From positions 1 through 30,939 of the IMG/VR virus record IMGVR_UViG_3300032225_000617: DNA of 30,939 nucleotides. One strand, 5' to 3'. Below, piece after piece: positions 11,401 to 18,918 of this stretch. Each line of letters begins with the position of its first letter. The stretch's first letter is position 1. The notes beneath the pieces are model-generated. The model worked only from the letters and a program-made list of their open reading frames with translations, was not told where the DNA came from and did not search any database. This DNA comes from a virus. Taxonomy: Duplodnaviria; Caudoviricetes. The position numbers were made by a program, and so were the translations under genes.

Positions 11401-11900
11401 TTATTAATCTCACCAACTGGTACTCTGGTTGCACCACCGTAACTAGCTGCTTCAGCGGTATTAGGAATAATATTATCACTTGATCCTATTGCAGGAACCA
11501 TGTGCATCAATCCTATTTTAGGAATACTTCCAATATAATACGTACTATTGATATCACCATTCAAACAAATACAAACAACCTCTGTTTGTAGATCCGGGGG
11601 AGTAAACCACATTCCATAACTATGCGGATTGCCTTTAAAACTACCAATGTCAGACGGACTACTTGTATTTGGTGTAGTGCCAAAGAATGGACTAAGATAT
11701 CTTGCATGTGTCCAGTTGTCAGGATTATTTTCGTCACCTGCATTTAATCGTTTTAGATATACTTTTATCATACCTGAACGCTTGTCATCAATGTTATGTT
11801 TTACAATACCAATAACTGCACTAGGAATTAAAACCGCGCCCCCTCTATCATCCTTATATTCTTTGGTAGTACTTGATGGTTTTACTATATTTTCACTCAT
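8472..11900 (-). CDS. gp5: Baseplate central spike, gp5/VgrG-like, with long C-terminal extension
   Basis: N-terminal OB-fold-like region (GIVKHNIDDKRSGMIKVYL...SYGMWFTPPDLQTEVVC), then GGHSIVMDDGD, RLRTAQGHMIMMND and SYIELGKEGTIDMYS. Beta-helix-like repeats follow (SVNIRTQGDLNLHADNNININA). The gene lies upstream of gp25. Confidence 0.75.
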   Translation of the reverse strand: MSENIVKPSSTTKEYKDDRGGAVLIPSAVIGIVKHNIDDKRSGMIKVYLKRLNAGDENNPDNWTHARYLSPFFGTTPNTSSPSDIGSFKGNPHSYGMWFTPPDLQTEVVCICLNGDINSTYYIGSIPKIGLMHMVPAIGSSDNIIPNTAEAASYGGATRVPVGEINNVNKAQDNNSVLIDQPRPIHSYQAAILNKQGLIRDPDRGTISSSSSRESPSKVFGISTPGRAIYEGGYGGKGQKTISEAVKDPAIPDKNFKVVGRLGGHSIVMDDGDLQGKDQLFRLRTAQGHMIMMNDTIQSLFIIHANGQSYIELGKEGTIDMYSTNSVNIRTQGDLNLHADNNININAKKDLNISAENIRMESFNETTQFSGTTFTQQTKGNHTVKVEGGMSFASKGDSSIKSGGTNYLNGGPNIKLNTGSSSLVPGDVKAIPKIAHTDTLFDDNKGYAAAPATLSSITSRAPAHSPWASANRGVNVKTTASASANLPTAPSPVVQAANNAASPEPKASTNPSVASTVPSTKNNNAIDNNSKAAIISQAAVNASTGPAKDAVAAGAAVTTDNGTKTLAVGPTGLTPKQMENNGTIKPGTADVVAAAIAAGKSIPEALPKNFFTGKDGINSVDNLVNNVTAQLNVVSESIDKAQNELVKGGVLSGTESPTQTGGLILSAITVGVEKTTLFAKSLIKATGILPDAPVGASVQNPLSGLGQLPNVQALSSADVNQVKDLVAGGNKATQMADQTTGPLSAVQITDKLKSAAATAFASITKAFKPLTPGVPQNLTAIKAQANEEKLKADTAKVASSNAPFDLNQTLTNNLGLQAGGPLRTTIETVGNQLKGSLSNTTDPNALMAAAPAALAKASTQLFGSDASGLGGLEGGMPSVSNLVNLGDSAKDVMGSLSTSANSLATGVNIPGKPNIPGIEGITGAINSMKQDINGGFNSLKSELQGGTDSIKTLASSELSAADNAKLAGAINSISGATEVKLPTVAEDTFDFAPMLAQAGSLLGDVKIPSINFGAIPPSAFKTPTAAQAKQYDTLKAELKTQEDLQWDLRKKYFDAKTKKGAEAPETVAAQTAWQGCVKKIDEIKGQLYTNVTGSPPPTPGTNPSAPVDVNQNLMNAFGVQKGGSTQVAAEEIGAAFKKSFGS

Positions 11901-11935
11901 AATTTAAAATGTCTTTTATGTATTTGATGTATTGT

Positions 11936-14671
11936 TTATCTACGATTAAGTAATCTATATTGTTCAGTTAAGCTAATTCCCGGCTTTGCTTTTGCTGCCT
12001 TTTCCATTGGGGTACTACCGTCATCATCTGCTATATGTGTTACTGGATTGATTTTAGGTGCTACTGCCGGAACTGACTGCGACCCTTCTGTTGTTATTGT
12101 TTTTCCACCACCATTGGCTGCTGTTGTATTTGGATTAACTTTTGATGCTCTATATGCGGCTGCATTTTTCCTAGATGCATTAGCAAGAGAATCCGTTATC
12201 TGTCCATTAGAATTATTTTTAGTTGTATTACCCTGTCTTAACAATCTATTGGTTTCTGCATCGGATTGATTGCTGTCTTGGCTCCCGTCCTTTCCTCTTT
12301 TATTGCTATCACCAATAGTAGCGAATTCAGGAAGAGCTCCAGTAATAGTTTGTTCAAATTTACCTTTACTAAAGATACTAGTGACTTCAGTTATATAATA
12401 CACTATTCCCTTTATGTTTAAATCACTAGGGTAATTTGCAAAAAATATATCGTGATTAGGTTTTAATAATCCTGTTGCATTATCATAATCTTCTACTTGA
12501 TTAAAATCAATTTCAATAAAAACTTGACCTTGACTGGGATCTATTGTGAAGTCGGGACCATAAAAATTTCTTGCTGTTTCAATATCTTGTATTGAATAAG
12601 TTGGTATTAGATAATCCGGGTCACCTAAAATTTTTAATTGAAATTTCTGTAAATCACCACTTGAATATAGCCATGATTTAATTGTAGCAGGGATATCACT
12701 TGAACCAGCCATAGTTCCTGTTGTGTCTGCATTAATACCTGATTTAATAGCACTGCTAGTATCTTGTGAGTTACTATTATCAATTTTACCATCACTAGTT
12801 TTTGCAACATCATTTTGATATAAATGATTGAACGTGACTTCATAACTTAATATTTCAGAATTTTGACCTGTATACCAATACTTATATCTTTTATGAGGAC
12901 CATAGTAACGAATTGACTTGCTCGCATATACTGACCTAATATAAGGGATCTCATATTTGTTAATTATGTATGTAATACTGTGAGCAAAGTTTTTTGTTAT
13001 AGCATCTTTACCATTTGGTCCTGATCCTGTGGCTAGAACTTTGACAAAGGGAACCACATTATACCAACTTATATTTTTTGGATTTGGATTAGGGATATTA
13101 GTATCATCTCCTCTTTCGATTGCCGGAGATTCTTGTTCTTTGTCTATTGAGGTTAATGCATCTTTGATATAAGTACTTTGTGATATAGCCAAATCTATTA
13201 CTTTAAGTATATGTTGACCACTGGTAATACCAAGCGTTCTGATTTTTTTCTGTATAGAGCCTAATTTATTTCTGAATGCAGTACGTTCATTTACGTTGTC
13301 AGTTGAAGTTATTGGGATAAAAGGAGTCTTTTCTTTATTAACTGAGTCTCCGGGAATCATCAATGATTTTTTTATTTCATCGCTGTTGATAATAATTTTA
13401 TACTCATTTTTTACTTCAATTTTTGGATTTTTTTCTGTCCGTTGTGCTTCTTGATCGTTGTTCAATATATCAACTAATCCTTTATCTGATTTATTTGCCG
13501 CATTACCTAATAATATTTCTTCAACTGTTGTTCCGGCAATCTCTTTATTGCCTGCTATTGTTGCTTTAGCTACGCCCAAGCCAACATTTACTACTTGGTC
13601 TTGTGCAACTATATCATATACTACTAATTTATTTTCTAATTTAAAATTCAAACTTTTGAATGCTATTGCAAATCCTCTTTCAAATATAGATTGCGGATCA
13701 GAGTTATTGTTAGATGTACCCGGTATATCTTTTCCGTAAATTATTTGACCGTTTGCATCATAACCATAAAACTTAATTAATAGAAAAAATATACCTTTAG
13801 TTTTAGTTATGTCAAGCCCTGGATCGTTTAATGCAGTTGCTAATTTATGAGTAAAACTAAATCCATATGGTTCATATATCTTGAATTTATACTCTTTATT
13901 AGAAGTTGTTGGTGACCCTAATGCCTTAGCTGTTATCTGTGATTTAATTTGTAAATCATCAATATACAAGTCTAACTCAAATCCTTTTGCTCTAGTATTA
14001 GTAGTTTGGTTAGATCCACCACTTCTTACTAGTAATTTAAAATCCTTAATTGCACTTCTATCTCCATCCATATATCTATTATAAGCATCAGGTTCAAGAA
14101 CGTATAAACTAATATTATAAGTATAACTGCTAAATTTTGAAAGGGGGTTATAATCTCTTAGTCCAAGTTTAGCAGTATTACTTGATTTTTCATTACTCCC
14201 TGCCTTACCGGCTATTGTTGTACCTGAATTAGGTGCTTCACTTGTTGTTGTAGTTTTGGTTGCAGGAGCCGGTTTACTGTCGCCTAGTTTGTCACTGTCT
14301 GCAATCGTAGGTGATGCTTTTGTGGGTTCTGCGGAATTTGCAGGAGGAGGTGGAGTGTTTTTTGCAGCCTCTGTTTTTTCTTTTTCTTCGGCTGCTTTAT
14401 TTGTTCCATTCCAATAATCATTGACAATTGCTTGTGCGGTGGATAATTCACTGTTAGCTGTATCTAAATTACCCTGAGCAGTTGCCAATGCTTTTTGTGC
14501 GTTTGCTAAAGTTTTTTCAGTATATTTTGGATTGGGACTTGCTAAATCAGCCTGTAGTGTTTGTATGTCTCTTTGAATTTCTAAAACTTTAATTTGGTAC
14601 CCTGTTACTCTACCCTGCAAGAGATTTACATCAGCTTGTGCTTGTGTATATTGGTCGTATGAGACAGCCAT
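11936..14671 (-). CDS. Putative baseplate hub protein
   Basis: 911-aa ORF between the gp53-like and gp5-like genes, the usual hub position. The core runs NPLSKFSSYTYNISLY ... YWYTGQNSEIL ... LKILGDPDYL ... YYITEVTSIFSKGKFEQTI; the last part resembles hub C-termini. It has an N-terminal coiled coil and a low-complexity linker. Confidence 0.55.
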   Translation of the reverse strand: MAVSYDQYTQAQADVNLLQGRVTGYQIKVLEIQRDIQTLQADLASPNPKYTEKTLANAQKALATAQGNLDTANSELSTAQAIVNDYWNGTNKAAEEKEKTEAAKNTPPPPANSAEPTKASPTIADSDKLGDSKPAPATKTTTTSEAPNSGTTIAGKAGSNEKSSNTAKLGLRDYNPLSKFSSYTYNISLYVLEPDAYNRYMDGDRSAIKDFKLLVRSGGSNQTTNTRAKGFELDLYIDDLQIKSQITAKALGSPTTSNKEYKFKIYEPYGFSFTHKLATALNDPGLDITKTKGIFFLLIKFYGYDANGQIIYGKDIPGTSNNNSDPQSIFERGFAIAFKSLNFKLENKLVVYDIVAQDQVVNVGLGVAKATIAGNKEIAGTTVEEILLGNAANKSDKGLVDILNNDQEAQRTEKNPKIEVKNEYKIIINSDEIKKSLMIPGDSVNKEKTPFIPITSTDNVNERTAFRNKLGSIQKKIRTLGITSGQHILKVIDLAISQSTYIKDALTSIDKEQESPAIERGDDTNIPNPNPKNISWYNVVPFVKVLATGSGPNGKDAITKNFAHSITYIINKYEIPYIRSVYASKSIRYYGPHKRYKYWYTGQNSEILSYEVTFNHLYQNDVAKTSDGKIDNSNSQDTSSAIKSGINADTTGTMAGSSDIPATIKSWLYSSGDLQKFQLKILGDPDYLIPTYSIQDIETARNFYGPDFTIDPSQGQVFIEIDFNQVEDYDNATGLLKPNHDIFFANYPSDLNIKGIVYYITEVTSIFSKGKFEQTITGALPEFATIGDSNKRGKDGSQDSNQSDAETNRLLRQGNTTKNNSNGQITDSLANASRKNAAAYRASKVNPNTTAANGGGKTITTEGSQSVPAVAPKINPVTHIADDDGSTPMEKAAKAKPGISLTEQYRLLNRR

Positions 14672-14672
14672 C

Positions 14673-14972
14673 TTATAATCCCAACACTTCTTTTAATACT
14701 GTAAACTGAGGGATGTAAATTCCAGTTCCAACAACAAAATCAAATACAGGATCTCTTAATCTGTTAGGATTTCTTTGAGCAAATACCCACCACAATTTAC
14801 TATCTTCATATAAGTCATACGCTAATAAATCAGGACGCATATTATATGTTTGTGTAATTTCCCAGTATGAATCGTCCGGATTCATTGGAATTGGTCTATT
14901 CATCATTACATCTAAAAATTCATTATTATATGTTCTAGTTAAGTAGTATGGACTTGTTTGCGGATAATTCAT
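14673..14972 (-). CDS. gp53: Baseplate wedge protein gp53-like (LysM-like)
   Basis: RPDLLAYDLYEDSKLWWVFAQRN...DP is the gp53 signature (RPD.lA..lYg...lWWv....N). Confidence 0.85.
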   Translation of the reverse strand: MNYPQTSPYYLTRTYNNEFLDVMMNRPIPMNPDDSYWEITQTYNMRPDLLAYDLYEDSKLWWVFAQRNPNRLRDPVFDFVVGTGIYIPQFTVLKEVLGL

Positions 14973-16255
14973 TACCAGATACCTCCACCTTGACGGGTTG
15001 AACCTTGTAACAACTCACCAGTTGCATATTTTTGTAAGCTAAAGTTTTGACTAATATCTCTACGTGTAACCATTGGGTGTAATGTTAGTGAAATTTGTAA
15101 CTTAGATGGTATATATGTTGCTTGGTTGTTAGACAATGTTTTATTAAATGTTGGTGCAGGTTTTTGTCCTCCGGGTTGCAAGCCATTACCTTTAATTCTG
15201 AAAATCCTATTGATAAATCCTGTTACAGGATTAGTTGGTGCTTTACCATCTGTACTTCCTGATAACGTAGAAATTGATGATCCTGCCCATGTCTCCGATA
15301 CACCTGCCCTGATATAATCAACATCATTAGGTAATGTGTACGAAAAGCTAGTTAACACCAATGGATGATTGTCGTATTGATATGCTCCAAATCCACTTAA
15401 ATATAACAACGGCGGGGGAGTTCCGGGTTTAGGTTCAACATCTTGACCATAAAACATTTTTGTAGCAGTCTTAAAGAAATGCATCACGGCTAATAAATAA
15501 TTTGCCTCTACGGTATCCTGAGCAGTAAATTCTGCTGTGATAGTAATATCTTCTACACTGCTATTTTTATAAAAATGTAGTTTATAATTACTATGTGTTA
15601 CTTCAGTTGTCTCATAATTAGCTTTATACCCCATTTGAATAGTAGGTGAGTAGGGAAATATAACACCATTTGTTGCAATCAGTGGTTCTAAAATACCAGG
15701 CTTTTCAGCATTATAAAAGTATTTTGATCCAGGTGCTAATGTTAATCTTACTCTCCAATCTTCGGCTTTACTAAATTTAATTTCAGGTGGTAAATTTACC
15801 GTAGATGGTGGTGCCGTTACACCTGTATTACCTGCTCTCGCTAATCTAGCTGACTCAGCCGCACTTTCATTTTGGCTTGCTGGTGCAATTGCGCTAAGTA
15901 TACCTTGATTAGTTGCAGAATTAAAGTTTGCGGCGGCAACAGCGGGATCAACTGCTTCAGGTTGTTTCTGTGCTTTGGCAATAGATTCCGCCGGCGTTAA
16001 TAAGGCTTCAGTAGAAGTAGGTGCAGTTGCGGCTGCACCCGCTCCAGCGTATGGATTTTTTGTTAGATTTGCATTTGCAGAGGTAGTAGCTGTTTCATCT
16101 ATTGCTGGTTGTGTTGGTGCAGCCGCACCTGCTCCTGCGTATGGATTTTTTGTTAGATTTGTGCTTGTAGTTGTCTGCTCTACTACTGGTTGTTCAGGTG
16201 CGGCTGCACCTGCTCCTGCGTATGGATTTGTTGCTGTTGGTGAACCTGTAGCCAT
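14972..16255 (-). CDS. Putative baseplate tail-tube initiator/cap (gp48/gp54-like)
   Basis: Tube-fold-like core: GVIFPYSPTI...HSNY...YKNSSVEDITITAEFTAQ...GTPPPLLYLSGFG...PLVLTSFSYTLPNDVDYI. I moved the start from 16291 to the ATG at 16255 (MATGSP) because an AAAGGT SD and the late promoter at 16276-16283 lie between the two. Confidence 0.6.
   Translation of the reverse strand: MATGSPTATNPYAGAGAAAPEQPVVEQTTTSTNLTKNPYAGAGAAAPTQPAIDETATTSANANLTKNPYAGAGAAATAPTSTEALLTPAESIAKAQKQPEAVDPAVAAANFNSATNQGILSAIAPASQNESAAESARLARAGNTGVTAPPSTVNLPPEIKFSKAEDWRVRLTLAPGSKYFYNAEKPGILEPLIATNGVIFPYSPTIQMGYKANYETTEVTHSNYKLHFYKNSSVEDITITAEFTAQDTVEANYLLAVMHFFKTATKMFYGQDVEPKPGTPPPLLYLSGFGAYQYDNHPLVLTSFSYTLPNDVDYIRAGVSETWAGSSISTLSGSTDGKAPTNPVTGFINRIFRIKGNGLQPGGQKPAPTFNKTLSNNQATYIPSKLQISLTLHPMVTRRDISQNFSLQKYATGELLQGSTRQGGGIW
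16031..16230 (-). repeat. Three copies of a coding repeat, NPYAGAGAAA
   Basis: Near-identical DNA units (gc.gcacc.gctcc.gcgtatggattt on +) at ~16031, ~16122 and ~16201, spaced 90 and 81 nt. Two copies extend to NLTKNPYAGAGAAA. Confidence 0.9.
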
Positions 16256-16267
16256 ATATGTACCTTT

Positions 16268-16283
16268 ACTAAATATATTTATC
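16268..16283. promoter_or_regulatory. Abutting late promoter candidates: ACTAAATA (+, 16268-16275) and GATAAATA (-, 16283-16276)
   Basis: Sequence actaaata-tatttatc in the divergent spacer between the baseplate operon and gp55. Confidence 0.55.
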
Positions 16284-16326
16284 GCTATCAAAAAGTGGTA
16301 TTTTTACCTTTTCCACTCTCAAACTG

Positions 16327-16355
16327 TTGCATTTCTGCAACTAATGTGTTACAAT
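16327..16355 (+). promoter_or_regulatory. Sigma70-type promoter for gp55
   Basis: TTGCAT (16327-32), a 17-nt spacer, then TACAAT (16350-55), with an extended -10 TG at 16347-48. A GGAG SD precedes the ATG at 16381. Confidence 0.7.
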
Positions 16356-16380
16356 AAGTACATCATAACAACGGAGATTT

Positions 16381-17280
16381 ATGTCTATAGCTGTCAAAAA
16401 ACCTGTAAACTATCTTAATAATAAGGATATTTTAAAAGAGATTCATTCAAGTAAAAACTCATACTGTTCATTTCTAGCCCCCGAGGATCATAGATACGAC
16501 TTCATCGTAGACATGCCCACAGAGTCTATTGAAAAAAGTTTAGAGTATGCGTTAAAACCAGAGAATATTCAACTAGCCCGAGAAACTAGGGCAATACGAA
16601 TTGACTTAGAACAAGAACTAGGGAAAGGAACTACCGATCCAACAAGTATTCCGATCACTGATTTAGTATTTCGTGTGATGACTTGGGATCATGTTCCAGT
16701 TGCACCCAAGCAACCCAGAAAATCAGACAAAAAGAAATCAGCCAAAGATATCTTTGAGTTTGAGGACGAAACTGATGAGTTGTTTGCTGAACTAGAAGAT
16801 ATTGTTACCAAAGCAGAAATTGACGATATGGTACATGTTAAAGTTAACTTCCCTCCCTTCCAGCACTTCCGTGTTGATAAGACAAATACTTTCAAATGTA
16901 TCGGAAAAAGTCATTGGAAAGGTGATTTAGTGAATGGTGAGTTTGGTAAAGATCAAGGTAACATTACAAATAAACTCGCCCGCATGTACATTATGATGTG
17001 TGAAAAATACGCTATGAAGTTCAATTGGCGTGGTTATACATACAATGATGAAATGCGTAACTCAGCCATTCTTCAACTTACATATGTTGGACTAAGATTC
17101 AATGAAGCCAAAAGTGCAAACCCATTCGCTTACTACACAGCCGCTATTACTAATAGTTTTTGCCGTGTACTGAACACAGAAAAGCGCAATCAAAACATAC
17201 GGGATGACATTTTAGAAATCAATGGTCTGAATCCATCGTGGTCTAGACAAAGTTCTAGTTCCACAATGTACGAAGAATAA
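16381..17280 (+). CDS. gp55: Late-transcription sigma factor, T4 gp55-like
   Basis: NYLNNKDILKEI, KFNWRGYTYNDEM...LQL and FNEAKSANPFAYYT..ITNSF.R.LNTEKR are gp55 motifs. The gene is adjacent to gp47/gp46. Confidence 0.88.
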   Translation: MSIAVKKPVNYLNNKDILKEIHSSKNSYCSFLAPEDHRYDFIVDMPTESIEKSLEYALKPENIQLARETRAIRIDLEQELGKGTTDPTSIPITDLVFRVMTWDHVPVAPKQPRKSDKKKSAKDIFEFEDETDELFAELEDIVTKAEIDDMVHVKVNFPPFQHFRVDKTNTFKCIGKSHWKGDLVNGEFGKDQGNITNKLARMYIMMCEKYAMKFNWRGYTYNDEMRNSAILQLTYVGLRFNEAKSANPFAYYTAAITNSFCRVLNTEKRNQNIRDDILEINGLNPSWSRQSSSSTMYEE

Positions 17281-17294
17281 TTTAACCGTTGGTG

Positions 17295-17323
17295 TTGCTT
17301 TGCAACACTAACTTCTATATAAT
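17295..17323 (+). promoter_or_regulatory. Sigma70-type promoter for gp47-gp46, probably giving a leaderless mRNA
   Basis: TTGCTT (17295-300), 17 nt, then TATAAT (17318-23). The ATG starts at 17330 and no SD is present. Confidence 0.7.
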
Positions 17324-17329
17324 CAACAG

Positions 17330-18343
17330 ATGACTAACCTTTTTAAGAAAGCCGCGACCTTTACCGATATTCATTTCGGTCTCAAAAGTAACAGCTTACA
17401 ACACAATCAAGACTGTTCCAATTTTGTAGATTGGTTCATTGCTGAGGCAAAGAAAGAAAACTGTGAGACTTGTTTTTTCTTGGGCGATTATAATCATCAT
17501 CGTGCAAGCATTAACATTCATACATTACAGTTTGGGTTGCAAGCATTAGAAAAACTCAACAAAGCATTTGACCAGGTATATTTCATACCCGGCAATCATG
17601 ACCTTTATTACAGAGACAAGCGAGATATTCATAGTGTAGAGTGGGCTAGACATTTACCCAACGTCACTATTGTCAATGATTGGTTCAATCAAGGTGACGT
17701 AGTTATTGCACCCTGGCTTGTACAAGATGATTATAAAAAGATTCAAAAATTAAGTGGCAAATATATGTTTGGTCATTTTGAACTACCAAACTTCTACATG
17801 AATGCCATGGTGGCTATGCCCGATCACGGTGAGATTAGTGCTGACCATATGACAGGATTTGATACCGTGTTCAGTGGTCACTTTCACAAACGACAAGCAA
17901 AGAAAAATGTTTGGTATACTGGAAATGCTTTCCCACATAACTACGCAGACGCAGGTGATGATGCACGTGGTATGATGATATTGGAATGGGGCAAAGATCC
18001 AGAGTTTCGTAGTTGGCCTGGACAACCTATGTATAGAGTTTATAAACTCAGTGACATACTAGAAAATCCTAAAGGATTGCTATTACCTGACAGTCATGTT
18101 AGAGTACATCTTGACATTGACATTAGCTATGAAGAAGCAAACTTTATTCGTGAAACTATGATACCAGAATATAAACTACGTGAAATGGCATTGATACCTA
18201 TGAAGGTCGAACAAGTAGAACAACAAGCTAATGGTGGCTTGAAGTTTGAAAGTGTAGACCAGATTGTCATTGACCAAATTAACAGTATTGAGTCAAACAC
18301 ATTTGATAAACGAATTTTGTTAGAGATTTACAACAACTTATGA
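17330..18343 (+). CDS. gp47: Recombination nuclease subunit (Mre11/SbcD-like)
   Basis: Metallophosphoesterase motifs TDIHFG, LGDYNH, PGNHD, FGHFE and SGHFH. Confidence 0.93.
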   Translation: MTNLFKKAATFTDIHFGLKSNSLQHNQDCSNFVDWFIAEAKKENCETCFFLGDYNHHRASINIHTLQFGLQALEKLNKAFDQVYFIPGNHDLYYRDKRDIHSVEWARHLPNVTIVNDWFNQGDVVIAPWLVQDDYKKIQKLSGKYMFGHFELPNFYMNAMVAMPDHGEISADHMTGFDTVFSGHFHKRQAKKNVWYTGNAFPHNYADAGDDARGMMILEWGKDPEFRSWPGQPMYRVYKLSDILENPKGLLLPDSHVRVHLDIDISYEEANFIRETMIPEYKLREMALIPMKVEQVEQQANGGLKFESVDQIVIDQINSIESNTFDKRILLEIYNNL

Positions 18344-18918
18344 TGCAGTACGAAACTAATCCAAAGTGGTTATATAAGCCCATAGAAGTTGAGAATTTAA
18401 AAGAAATACAAAAAGAAATTATTCCAATTATTTATAAAAAGATACCTAACTTTTCTACGTCTCTTCCACAATTTCTTCATATTATGCGAGATGAAATAGA
18501 ACCATTTGCACCATTATATACAGAATTTATTAGAAAGTTTGGGATGATTGAAAGATGGGGATGGTGTGCAATTATCACAACTAATCTAGGTCTTGATTTC
18601 AACATACATGTTGATAGTACTGATTGGGAAAAAAGATGTTATGGATTAAACTTACCAATTATAAACTGTGACGGTACAAGTACAGTATGGTACAATGCTG
18701 AGATAGAAGAACCTATGTATGATGAAAATGATTTTAGAAGTGTTGCACGTATTCAAAAATCTAATACAATTGCAACCGAGATAGGTAGATGGGATATGAG
18801 CAATCCTGCTTGGATTAACACTAGTATTCCACATAGACCCGAAAGTACACACAAAAGACCTAGAGCAATTATAAGTGCTAGATTTGACCCAGAATTACAT
18901 GAGATGTTATACCTATGA
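18340..18918 (+). CDS. Hypothetical protein, possible 2OG-Fe(II) dioxygenase/cupin fold
   Basis: HxD (IHVD), LNLPI, a distal His (NTSIPH) and R...S.RF (RAIISARF). It overlaps both neighbours by ATGA. Confidence 0.55.
   Translation: MMQYETNPKWLYKPIEVENLKEIQKEIIPIIYKKIPNFSTSLPQFLHIMRDEIEPFAPLYTEFIRKFGMIERWGWCAIITTNLGLDFNIHVDSTDWEKRCYGLNLPIINCDGTSTVWYNAEIEEPMYDENDFRSVARIQKSNTIATEIGRWDMSNPAWINTSIPHRPESTHKRPRAIISARFDPELHEMLYL

Noticed and set aside
16256-16291. Upstream start given by the ORF track for 14972..16291
   Set aside because: Non-ATG start upstream of the late promoter motif and SD. The ATG at 16255 fits better.
15975-16418. 147-aa + strand ORF with repeats
   Set aside because: Mirror of the NPYAGAGAAA repeats on the real - strand gene; it also crosses the promoter spacer.
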